In this document: positions 1 through 7,273 of the stretch, piece after piece
How the letters are laid out: the number at the start of each line of letters is the position of its first letter
How positions within the stretch are numbered: the first letter of the stretch is position 1
UHGV virus genome: UHGV-0118719
Strand: one strand, 5' to 3'
Length of the DNA stretch: 18,049 nt
DNA from: a virus
Notes under the pieces: generated by a model
What the model was told of the DNA's origin: nothing
What the model saw: only the letters and a program-made list of their open reading frames with translations
Database searches by the model: none
Program-made: the position numbers and the translations under genes

Positions 1-31
1 AAACGGCGAAGCATCACCAGATTTTTGATGG

Positions 32-331
32 TTATAAAAAAGGTTGGTTTGGGAGGGATGGGGCAAACCTATAGCGCATCGCAAGATAACTCCTCAGAAC
101 CCTCCCCATGTTACGCAGGATCCAGTACCGGTTCTCGCTTTCGTTTGTCGTCTTATCGGCGAAGTCCGGCTGGTATCGCTCGATCCATGTATTTGCATCC
201 GCCTTACTGAAATGCCAGTTCCTCTCCTGCAGTTCAGCGATGAACTTGTCTGTATGCAGGCAGAGATAGCCCTTCGGGTTTTGCTGTATGGCCGCAATAA
301 AAGCAGCACGAATATCCGGTTGACGAGGCAT
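32..331 (-). CDS. small hypothetical protein (about 99 aa from the ATG at 329-331; the track ORF begins at a GTG at 349), divergent from the dinI-like gene
   Basis: Six-frame ORF 32..349; in-frame ATG at 329-331; shares the LexA-box intergenic region with the dinI-like gene; weak RBS; no family recognised by eye. Confidence 0.45.
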   Translation of the reverse strand: MPRQPDIRAAFIAAIQQNPKGYLCLHTDKFIAELQERNWHFSKADANTWIERYQPDFADKTTNESENRYWILRNMGRVLRSYLAMRYRFAPSLPNQPFL

Positions 332-352
332 GAACGCACTCTCACTCACTCA

Positions 353-381
353 TTGACTGTATACATATACAGTAGTATTTT
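353..381 (+). promoter_or_regulatory. putative sigma70 promoter of the dinI-like gene (-35 TTGACT 353-358, 17-bp spacer, -10 TATTTT 376-381)
   Basis: Hexamers read directly; the -10 is weak; the LexA box sits inside the spacer. Confidence 0.4.
355..374. promoter_or_regulatory. LexA (SOS) box, CTGT-N8-ACAG palindrome
   Basis: Sequence gaCTGTatacatatACAGta at 355-374 against the E. coli consensus TACTGTATATATATACAGTA; lies between the two divergent genes and overlaps the putative -35/spacer of the dinI-like promoter. Confidence 0.75.
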
Positions 382-407
382 TATAAAAACAGATCAAGCA
401 CAGGCAA
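380..407 (-). promoter_or_regulatory. putative sigma70 promoter for the divergent minus-strand ORF (minus-strand -35 TTGCCT at 402-407, 16-bp spacer, -10 TATAAA at 380-385)
   Basis: Hexamers read on the reverse complement; the predicted start site falls in or next to the LexA box. Confidence 0.35.
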
Positions 408-431
408 TTTTTCACTTATAAGAGGATCGGT

Positions 432-698
432 ATGTTTGTTGAACTGGTTTATGACAAGCGAAATGTTGAGGGGCTCCAGGGGGCCAGAGAGATCATCCTG
501 GCTGAGCTAACCAAGCGTGTGCACCAGATTTTTCCTGATGCAGAAGTGAAGGTGAAGCCGATGCAGGCAAACGGCTTGAATAGCGATGCCAGCAAAAGCG
601 ATCGGGAAAAGCTGAACCGCATGCTGGAGGAAATGTTTGAAGAGTCAGATATGTGGCTGGTTTCTGAGTTCCCGACCGTTCGACAGGTTGGCCTTTGA
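432..698 (+). CDS. dinI: DinI-like protein (DNA-damage-inducible protein I family; prophage-type, MFVELVYDKRN... N-terminus)
   Basis: 88-aa ORF; AGAGGA RBS 5 nt before the ATG; sequence pattern matches remembered DinI and prophage DinI-like proteins (FPDAEVKVKP..., EEMFEESDMWLVSE); LexA box upstream. Confidence 0.85.
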   Translation: MFVELVYDKRNVEGLQGAREIILAELTKRVHQIFPDAEVKVKPMQANGLNSDASKSDREKLNRMLEEMFEESDMWLVSEFPTVRQVGL

Positions 699-754
699 AT
701 CTTGTTCGGATAATATTCCCGGCGTTTTCTCGGGCATGAACACTGAGCAATCAA

Positions 755-793
755 CCGCCGCTCATTCTTGCATACGATGGGCGGCGGATTTTT
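755..793. terminator. rho-independent terminator after the dinI-like gene; also sits at the 3' end of the convergent tail-fibre gene
   Basis: 11-bp stem ccgccgctcat (755-765) / atgggcggcgg (777-787) with one G-U pair and an 11-nt loop, followed by ATTTTTC. Confidence 0.55.
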
Positions 794-1995
794 CAGCTTC
801 CAGGCCGCAACGCATCGAGCTTTTTCTTTAAATCTTCAACTTGCTGCATTAAAGCCAGAATCGCTTCATGATGTAGCGCTGCCGCAACGCCGTAAGTATC
901 TGGAGAGAGCACTCCTTCCACCACAGTTCCATCTGGGAGTTTACGATCACCCCCCTCAGTTACTGCTTGCGGGAAAACGTTCTTAACATCCTGCGCGATA
1001 AATCCTATCCCCCATTGTCCGGTATCTTTTCTCGTCCACGAGCAACCTTTTAGCATTTCCATCTTTTTGAGCGGGTCCTCAATTCTGGTCACCCCATCCT
1101 TCAGGCGGCCATCTGAATTCGGAACCCAAGCGCCAGGTGCTACAGCGTTGCCATTTAATTTAATAAAGCTCCAGTTGGTTCCTGAACTTGCGTTTGCTAC
1201 CTGAATATTCCCTGTTAAAGAACCATCCGCAGCCATTTGGGAGTAAAGGGCGCACACAGCAGCATCCGTTCCGTTGGCCCACCGTAGCAGGGAACGAATT
1301 AAACCGCCGACTGATCCTTCAGTTACCGTTGGTTGCGTATAACTCGTAATACTTCCATTAACTGCACCGCCAGTTTTCTGATCGATAGTATTTAATCTTG
1401 TATCGTTACCTGCAGCCACCGTTCCCGCTGTTGCGCCAATGTCTCTCGTGGCACTGTTTCCCAAACCGAGGCTTGTGCGAGCACCTGATGCGGTTGTTGA
1501 ACCGGTACCGCCCTGTCCAACAGATAGCGCTGTCGTGAGTCCGCTGAGCGAAGTAATATCGCTGTTTGCACCTTTTGCCGCCTTGCCTGAAAGTGATGTA
1601 GTAATGCTATTCCAGGCTGGGCCCGTCCATGTCGTTCCATCCGGCAGTGTTACTGTTACATTGCCGGTTCCAGAAAAAATGCTTTGCCAGTTCTGTTTGT
1701 CGTAATTCAGTCCTCGCAGCGCTTCAGCACTTTGCGCCACCAGCGCGGCAGTTACCATGTTCAGAGCCACACGGGGAACCGCTGACCAGGCAGCGCCGGC
1801 CTGAGTAGGGCCGGTAAAGTTGCTGACCAGCGTAAGCTGCGCATTACTCTCTACAGATTTTACGGGCAATGTATACGACACGCCGCCAACAGTAGAGACA
1901 ATAAAATCACCTGCAGCGAGTTCAGTTGCGAATGAGGTTCCGGAACCGCCAACAATAGCGGACCCGTTTGTCAGGGTGATGGTGCCTGCCGACAT
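793..1995 (-). CDS. tail fibre protein with C-terminal S74-type intramolecular chaperone (autoproteolytic) domain
   Basis: 400-aa ORF; AGGAG RBS (2002-2006, reverse complement) 6 nt before the ATG; N-terminus MSAGTITLTNGSAIVGGSGTSF typical of tail-fibre anchors; Gly/Ser/Thr-rich middle; the last ~107 aa begin SDGRLKDG..., resembling the SDxRLK start of endosialidase / T5 pb1 chaperone domains. Confidence 0.8.
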   Translation of the reverse strand: MSAGTITLTNGSAIVGGSGTSFATELAAGDFIVSTVGGVSYTLPVKSVESNAQLTLVSNFTGPTQAGAAWSAVPRVALNMVTAALVAQSAEALRGLNYDKQNWQSIFSGTGNVTVTLPDGTTWTGPAWNSITTSLSGKAAKGANSDITSLSGLTTALSVGQGGTGSTTASGARTSLGLGNSATRDIGATAGTVAAGNDTRLNTIDQKTGGAVNGSITSYTQPTVTEGSVGGLIRSLLRWANGTDAAVCALYSQMAADGSLTGNIQVANASSGTNWSFIKLNGNAVAPGAWVPNSDGRLKDGVTRIEDPLKKMEMLKGCSWTRKDTGQWGIGFIAQDVKNVFPQAVTEGGDRKLPDGTVVEGVLSPDTYGVAAALHHEAILALMQQVEDLKKKLDALRPGS

Positions 1996-2016
1996 AAAAT
2001 ACTCCTGAATTCAGAT

Positions 2017-2052
2017 AATAAAAAACCCGCCTCGGCGGGTTCTTGTTTTTTT
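2017..2052. terminator. bidirectional rho-independent terminator between the Cor-like lipoprotein gene and the tail-fibre gene
   Basis: A-run, 6-bp stem acccgc (2025-2030) / gcgggt (2035-2040) with loop ctcg, then TCTTGTTTTTTT; gives a T-tract on both strands. Confidence 0.65.
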
Positions 2053-2291
2053 CATTTTGTACAGGTCGAGCCGGTAAAGTTGTTTTTACTTACCCAGCGC
2101 CAGTTGAAAGGATATCCAGCTTTGTATTCAATCTGATTTGCTACTCGCCTCACACCATAGACCTGAACAGTCTGTTCTTGTCCACCGACAACTATTACGG
2201 CCTCACATACTGGATTCTGCTTCTCAAGGAGATTGGATGAGCAAGCAGAAAGAAGACTGCAAAAAAGAAACATGACTGATATTTTTTTCAT
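2052..2291 (-). CDS. small outer-membrane-type lipoprotein, Cor-like (candidate superinfection-exclusion lipoprotein)
   Basis: 79-aa ORF with ATG start; signal peptide MKKISVMFLFCSLLSAC with lipobox LSAC; AT-rich; occupies the position next to the tail-fibre gene where N15/phi80/HK022/T1-type phages carry cor. Family assignment is unverified. Confidence 0.65.
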   Translation of the reverse strand: MKKISVMFLFCSLLSACSSNLLEKQNPVCEAVIVVGGQEQTVQVYGVRRVANQIEYKAGYPFNWRWVSKNNFTGSTCTK

Positions 2292-2370
2292 TATTTTGCC
2301 CTGAGGTAATTAGTTTTATAAAAATTAACCTGACGGGGAGATTAATGAAAATAGATTAAACAGATCAATA

Positions 2371-2397
2371 TCAAAAAATCGATCGTTTTAAACGATC
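2371..2397 (-). terminator. GATC-containing dyad (gatcgtttTaaacgatc) followed by a T6 tract on the minus strand; weak terminator or operator
   Basis: 17-bp near-perfect palindrome at 2381-2397 directly after the stop of the 224-aa ORF, with an A-run at 2373-2378 on the plus strand. Confidence 0.35.
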
Positions 2398-2399
2398 AT

Positions 2400-3074
2400 T
2401 TAATCAAATGCAGCCGTATTGATAGCGGTCAAAGAAATTCCTGTGTTGGTTCCTCCACCTGGTGAGCCAGTTCCGGTAGATGTACCACCTGCGTTTATTC
2501 TCGTACTGCCACCATTAAACCTACAAGATGAATAGGCATTTATAGTGTAGATAGTTGGGGGCTGAGTGGAGTTATTAACGATAATCGTCTGACCAAGCTG
2601 AGCCGGAGCGACAGCCCACGACCCGGACAGTGTCTGGTCAATGTTAATCCCACCGCTTGCACCTGGACTCCCCACAGTTTGTAGATCAGAAAGCACCCTT
2701 GATTCGTTCGTCAGAACAAGCTTACCGGAGGCATCCCAGATAGCAAATCCCCACGCAGGAAGTGTTTGAGGAAATATTGAAAATACATATGCTGTAAGCG
2801 TAAAGCTCTGGTTATAGGGATTAACGCCACTAATATAGACATTTCCTCCGATGCGATATGACATGACTGGTGTCGGTTGTGCAGTATCAGTCGTTTTTAT
2901 GAAAACCATTACCGGATAATCGGCAGGCACCGAAAGATATTGTGCCACCTGTTGGGAGCTGCCATTAGCTGAGGAATTAAATGAGTATTTCCCATAGAGG
3001 CAGAAAGGCGTTGATTGCGGAGTGACGAAGGGATTCCCATTATCCATTAAAATCATTGCGCCAAAGTCGGACAC
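2400..3074 (-). CDS. hypothetical protein (224 aa), second of two coupled post-J ORFs; Gly/Ser/Thr-rich C-terminus
   Basis: ORF begins at a GTG (3072-3074) that overlaps the upstream TAG by 1 nt (TAGTG); GGAGAAGG RBS inside the end of the upstream ORF; shares a WDASG motif with the upstream ORF. Confidence 0.6.
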   Translation of the reverse strand: MSDFGAMILMDNGNPFVTPQSTPFCLYGKYSFNSSANGSSQQVAQYLSVPADYPVMVFIKTTDTAQPTPVMSYRIGGNVYISGVNPYNQSFTLTAYVFSIFPQTLPAWGFAIWDASGKLVLTNESRVLSDLQTVGSPGASGGINIDQTLSGSWAVAPAQLGQTIIVNNSTQPPTIYTINAYSSCRFNGGSTRINAGGTSTGTGSPGGGTNTGISLTAINTAAFD

Positions 3075-3376
3075 TATGCCTTCTCCATAAAAACGATCAG
3101 CTCACATTTCGAGGCCGGATAATTACCAAGCCCAGTGTCAGATGCGGACGTCACAGTTATTGAGTTACCTGATGCAACTATTCTTCGCCCTACGCTGTTA
3201 CCTCCTTCATCAAGAGAAACAACAAAACCAACTTTAAAACCTGTGGGCACAGTGAAACTCCAAGAACCTGAGTTCTGACCTGCTGCAAGTGGAATGCGGC
3301 CTACTACCGATACTGGTTTAATGCCATAGTTATTAGGCCTTCCGCTGGCATCCCATGTTTGTATTCCCCATGACAT
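3074..3376 (-). CDS. hypothetical protein (100 aa), first of two coupled post-J ORFs
   Basis: ATG at 3374-3376 overlaps the J stop by 1 nt (TGATG); AGGAG RBS 8 nt upstream, inside the end of J; WDASG motif. Confidence 0.6.
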   Translation of the reverse strand: MSWGIQTWDASGRPNNYGIKPVSVVGRIPLAAGQNSGSWSFTVPTGFKVGFVVSLDEGGNSVGRRIVASGNSITVTSASDTGLGNYPASKCELIVFMEKA

Positions 3377-6300
3377 CAGAATACTCCTGTCAGTTTTCCA
3401 ATCTGTACGCGCAGGACGCCGTTAGCATCCCTTATGCTGTCAGTAACATTCGTTGTCTTTCTTGCGCCCTGCCCGTCACTGCCATAGTTTTCCCAAGTGC
3501 CACCTTTATCCAGTTTCCATCCAGATTGCCCGGCAACGTAATTGTTGGACTGGATAAAGTTACCGATTTTGGCATTGGTGATCGTGCCATCCTGAATAAA
3601 CGCTGAGCTGATAAACACCTGACCGTTTACCACCGCGAACGGCGAATACTGGGTATCACCACTGCCGCTCATCAGCACGAACTGGTTAGCGTTGAAACCA
3701 ACCCGCGTGACTACCGGCTTCCCTGCCTCTGCAAGCACTGCAATAGACATCCCGGCGTTATAAATCACCCCGTTTATTCTCACGCCCGTTTTGAGGGTGT
3801 GGATTGCCGAAGCACCGGAGGCATCTACGACAGCTGTAAGCTTGTCTTCCAGGGAAGCGGTAACATCCTCAATCTGCGCCTGCACCTGCGTCGAAAGTTC
3901 GGCCATTGCATTATCAACTTCAGCAATCGTCGTTTTAACCACCAGAATATCGGCACGCACTTCTCCGTATTGTGCCCACTGGTGCTCAACAGTTCCATGG
4001 TTCGCCAGGGCGTTCTGCAGTATTCCCTCAATGTTGGTATCGATGTCACCAGTCAGGCGTTCTCCGTCTGCAGAGGTTAGGAAATCATCTGCGATATCGC
4101 CCAAATAATCATCGGCGTTATCGTTAGACATCCCCCTGATCCAGTCGGTATACCCGGACTCGTTACCCGTTCTGTCGACCAGCTGCGCGCGGTACCAGAA
4201 TTCCTGCCCTGCTTTAAGGCCGAGCTGGGTGTATTCCGCAGATGGATAAGGCACGTCTGAGAGCAAGAGTGGATCTGAAAAGTCACTGTTGGCAGTGTAC
4301 TGAATTTCCGTTTTTAGCGTATCGCCGGTGTTTGCCGGGAAACCCCAGTTAAGACGAATCCCCCAGTTAATGCCCGTGGCTGTGAATCCTACTGGCTTAG
4401 GCGGATTACCTACTTTGCCGGTCAGTGTCTTCTCTTCTGAATATCCCCATCCTGAGGAAATTTCAGCGGCATTAATTGCGCGCACGCGCACCAGGTAGCG
4501 CCCGGCATAAATCCCCGGGACGTCAAATGACGTGGTGGAGCTGCGAGGCATGTTCACCCAGTTTCCGTCGTTGCGGCGCCACTGCCCCTCATAGGCGATA
4601 GCGTTCTGCGCCTGGTCCCAGCTCACGCGCATCGTTTCGACGCTGATATTCTGCTGAACAACCGAAAACGAACTGATCGTGATGTTGGCTGGCGGGGACT
4701 GATTACCGGGCGGAATTACACTTATTGGCCGCTGGTCGATGATGGCGCCGGTATCGATACGGGCATACTTATCCGGATCGTGAAAAGCACCAGTAATCGA
4801 AAACGTGCCGTCGTTATTATCAGCGACGCTGATAACACGATATTGCTGTGCATAAAGCTCGTCGGATTCGACAATCCATACCGATTCGACTGCCGGTGTT
4901 TCGCTGTATGCCGTGGTCACGGTGACAGCCCGACCGTTTACGCTCTGTATCGTCCTGCTCTGCGATGCGCCAGACGGCAGGTTAACCATAAGACGGCTTC
5001 CGGCAACGGCTGCGGAATCACGATCAAGCGTGATAACGCGACCATTAACCGCGCTGATACGCCCTCCCATCACCTTTCCGGATAACAGATCATCGGCAAC
5101 CGCGATAATATAACCAGGCTGCGGAATGTTTCCGTCCAGCCCGACATCAAACGAAACAACGCGATCCTTGTTATTGGTGAGAATACCCCAGCGCCCCTTT
5201 CGGTTCGCCTCTGACTGCCTGGTGCAGCCGATGGCTGTCATTTCCAGCTGATTGAAGCCGTACCGCGCCACCAGCGCCTGCTCAAATACCGGCTCCATCG
5301 CGTCGGCATAAGCGTTACCCGGGTCTGACCATGAAACCAGCGCTGTGGTGTAGCGGCTTTTCGTGGTGCTGCTCGAATAGGTGAAGCGACCGCCAACAAC
5401 GTTAGCGCGCGTATAGCTGTAATCAACATCGCGCGGCATGTCAGCCAGGGCCACAATCTGATCCCCGCCCCAGTAGGTCATGCCACGGAAGATAGCGGCA
5501 AAATCACGCAGGACTGTGTAGGCGTCGTTCCGGTCCTGAATGTACACGTTGCAGGTATAGCGTGGTTCTGTACCGTTGCCCCCTTTGCCGTCTGGTACCA
5601 TCTGATCACAATACTGAGCAACCTGATAAAGCGTCCATTTATCAATATTCGCAGCGGTCAAACGGTGCCCAAGGCCGAACCGGTCAGAAACAACCAGGTC
5701 GTAAAAAATCCACGCAGGGTTATCCGTCCATGCCCACTTAAACGCACCGGTCCATGTACCGCTATAAGTGCGGGTTTCAGGGTCGTAGGTATCTGGAACG
5801 CGGATAACGCGGCCGCGCGGTTCGCATGAAATTTGAGGAATAGAGCCGTTGAACTGGCTTGAGTCGAATTCGACGTAGAGCAGCGCGGTGTTCGGGTAGC
5901 GCAGTTTGGCGTCAATCACCTCGGTGAAGCTCTGCAGCATCATCGTGTCGCCGATCTTCGCGCTGTTGGCGTCAGAGGTAATCTTACGCAGACGTATTGT
6001 CCATGTGCTGCCAGCCTGCGGTAAATCGATACGGTGGCTGCGCTCATAACCAGACGTCGTTTTGCCGGTCACGCTGGTATTGAGTACCGTCTGCCATGTG
6101 CCGCCGTCAGTCTGCAGGTCAATCGCATAATTGACCGAGTAACCCACCAGATCGCCGTCGTCTTCCTGTTTGAAAAGCGAGGGCCATTTAAGACGCAGGC
6201 GAACTGCTGAAAGCTGCGTATTGGTAAACGTGCGCGTCCAGGCTGTGGCACTTGATACCTCAGTTCCTACGCTGATCTCGTTTTCGGTACCGGGAATACC

Positions 6301-6561
6301 CTGAATATATTTTTGCGCCTGCGTTCCCGCGCGAAACTCCCACGTTACCCCGCTGAAGTTTTGGGAGCCGTCAGCATTCTCCAGCGCTGTTCCGTCCAGG
6401 TAGATATCTTTGCCGGTGAGCTGTCCAGCAAACTCCCCTTCCCCAAGCGCAACGAGGATTTTTGCCTTCGCTACAGATTGCAGATCATCAGGCTGTTCGG
6501 TAGGGGTTCGGGAACTTGAGCTGCCGCCCTTGCGGCCTTTTAACACTTTATCTGTAGCCAT
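3376..6561 (-). CDS. J: tail tip / central tail fibre protein J (host specificity protein)
   Basis: 1061-aa ORF in the lambda J position after I; conserved lambda-J-like blocks in the central region (e.g. YPNTAL, WTLYQVAQYCDQMVPDGKGG..TEPRYTCNVY); N- and C-terminal regions diverge from lambda. Confidence 0.9.
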   Translation of the reverse strand: MATDKVLKGRKGGSSSSRTPTEQPDDLQSVAKAKILVALGEGEFAGQLTGKDIYLDGTALENADGSQNFSGVTWEFRAGTQAQKYIQGIPGTENEISVGTEVSSATAWTRTFTNTQLSAVRLRLKWPSLFKQEDDGDLVGYSVNYAIDLQTDGGTWQTVLNTSVTGKTTSGYERSHRIDLPQAGSTWTIRLRKITSDANSAKIGDTMMLQSFTEVIDAKLRYPNTALLYVEFDSSQFNGSIPQISCEPRGRVIRVPDTYDPETRTYSGTWTGAFKWAWTDNPAWIFYDLVVSDRFGLGHRLTAANIDKWTLYQVAQYCDQMVPDGKGGNGTEPRYTCNVYIQDRNDAYTVLRDFAAIFRGMTYWGGDQIVALADMPRDVDYSYTRANVVGGRFTYSSSTTKSRYTTALVSWSDPGNAYADAMEPVFEQALVARYGFNQLEMTAIGCTRQSEANRKGRWGILTNNKDRVVSFDVGLDGNIPQPGYIIAVADDLLSGKVMGGRISAVNGRVITLDRDSAAVAGSRLMVNLPSGASQSRTIQSVNGRAVTVTTAYSETPAVESVWIVESDELYAQQYRVISVADNNDGTFSITGAFHDPDKYARIDTGAIIDQRPISVIPPGNQSPPANITISSFSVVQQNISVETMRVSWDQAQNAIAYEGQWRRNDGNWVNMPRSSTTSFDVPGIYAGRYLVRVRAINAAEISSGWGYSEEKTLTGKVGNPPKPVGFTATGINWGIRLNWGFPANTGDTLKTEIQYTANSDFSDPLLLSDVPYPSAEYTQLGLKAGQEFWYRAQLVDRTGNESGYTDWIRGMSNDNADDYLGDIADDFLTSADGERLTGDIDTNIEGILQNALANHGTVEHQWAQYGEVRADILVVKTTIAEVDNAMAELSTQVQAQIEDVTASLEDKLTAVVDASGASAIHTLKTGVRINGVIYNAGMSIAVLAEAGKPVVTRVGFNANQFVLMSGSGDTQYSPFAVVNGQVFISSAFIQDGTITNAKIGNFIQSNNYVAGQSGWKLDKGGTWENYGSDGQGARKTTNVTDSIRDANGVLRVQIGKLTGVF

Positions 6562-6571
6562 ATTGCGCCCA

Positions 6572-6595
6572 TAAAAAAGCCACCCAAAGGTGGCT
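6572..6595 (-). terminator. rho-independent terminator on the minus strand, ending about 10 nt upstream of the J start codon
   Basis: Plus-strand A6 then 7-bp stem agccacc (6578-6584) / ggtggct (6589-6595) with loop caaa; on the minus strand this is a hairpin followed by TTTTTTAT. Confidence 0.55.
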
Positions 6596-6726
6596 ACTGT
6601 CTGAATATCAGGATGTTACAAATCTAAATACCTGGTTATGTTGTGGATTCAGCCCGCCAGCGGTGGGACGCTGGTGAACTCATAACAGGTGGAATGGCTG
6701 ATTACCTCTGGAAAAAGGAGAAGTAA

Positions 6727-6987
6727 ATGGGTTCGATGTTAGAACTGGAAAAAGAAGTGGCAGAGCTTAAACAAAAGCTGCTTACGCATGAAATTGCAAC
6801 TGGCCTGATTCTATCGGACATTGTGAAATTACTGGACATTGCCCGGCCAGGCGCACTCGATGCTCTGACTAAAAACTATCAGGCAGGGCAAGCAAAAATC
6901 CCAGAATCAGCTGCACGTAATGATCCGCACACAATTGATGCGTTCACGCGCATCCTTAAAGTTTTAGAGGTGGCATCAAAGAAATAA
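6727..6987 (+). CDS. hypothetical small protein (86 aa) on the opposite strand to the tail operon; coiled-coil-like N-terminus
   Basis: AGGAG RBS (6716-6720) 6 nt before the ATG at 6727; AT-rich compared with flanking tail genes; 3' end overlaps the convergent minus-strand ORF by 32 bp. Confidence 0.5.
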   Translation: MGSMLELEKEVAELKQKLLTHEIATGLILSDIVKLLDIARPGALDALTKNYQAGQAKIPESAARNDPHTIDAFTRILKVLEVASKK

Positions 6988-7273
6988 TTAAATCGAGCTT
7001 TTCATTGAATATTTCTTCATGAGTTTTAGCGGCCTCATTCTGGGCCGCTGTTACCGTTCCACCGAAAACCCCTGCATCACCCTGCGAAATCTTTCCCTCC
7101 TTTACTCGCAAACTCCAGCCATTACCGGTGATGGTCGAATGAATAGCGCCACCTGGCCGTAGTGCGTTCTGAATGGCGGAATTGACGATTGCCGGGTTAT
7201 GCAGCTCTGCTATCTCCACCTGCAGGCTCGCGATGGTTGCCTCAAGCATGCTCATGCGCTCTTCTAAAGTCAT
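6956..7273 (-). CDS. hypothetical small protein (105 aa from the ATG at 7271-7273) between I and J
   Basis: AGGAG RBS 7 nt upstream of the ATG at 7273; the longer track ORF (to 7375) would overlap I and lacks an RBS; coiled-coil-like N-terminus. Confidence 0.5.
   Translation of the reverse strand: MTLEERMSMLEATIASLQVEIAELHNPAIVNSAIQNALRPGGAIHSTITGNGWSLRVKEGKISQGDAGVFGGTVTAAQNEAAKTHEEIFNEKLDLIISLMPPLKL

Noticed and set aside
1-31. Possible prophage-host junction or attachment site at the low-coordinate end
   Set aside because: Too little sequence beyond the last ORF to identify an att core, tRNA fragment or host gene; nothing recognisable.
44-421. Plus-strand ORF 44..421 (125 aa) and ORF 25..210 overlapping the minus-strand small ORF and the LexA-box/promoter region
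   Set aside because: They run through the regulatory region into the dinI-like RBS, have no RBS of their own and overlap a better-supported ORF on the other strand.
2043-2240. Plus-strand ORF 2043..2240 (65 aa) antisense to the Cor-like lipoprotein gene
   Set aside because: Begins inside the terminator T-tract, has no RBS, and the minus-strand ORF has a textbook lipoprotein signal peptide.
3791-6519. Small plus- and minus-strand ORFs inside J
   Set aside because: Nested in or antisense to the J coding frame; J is continuous and lambda-like across the region.
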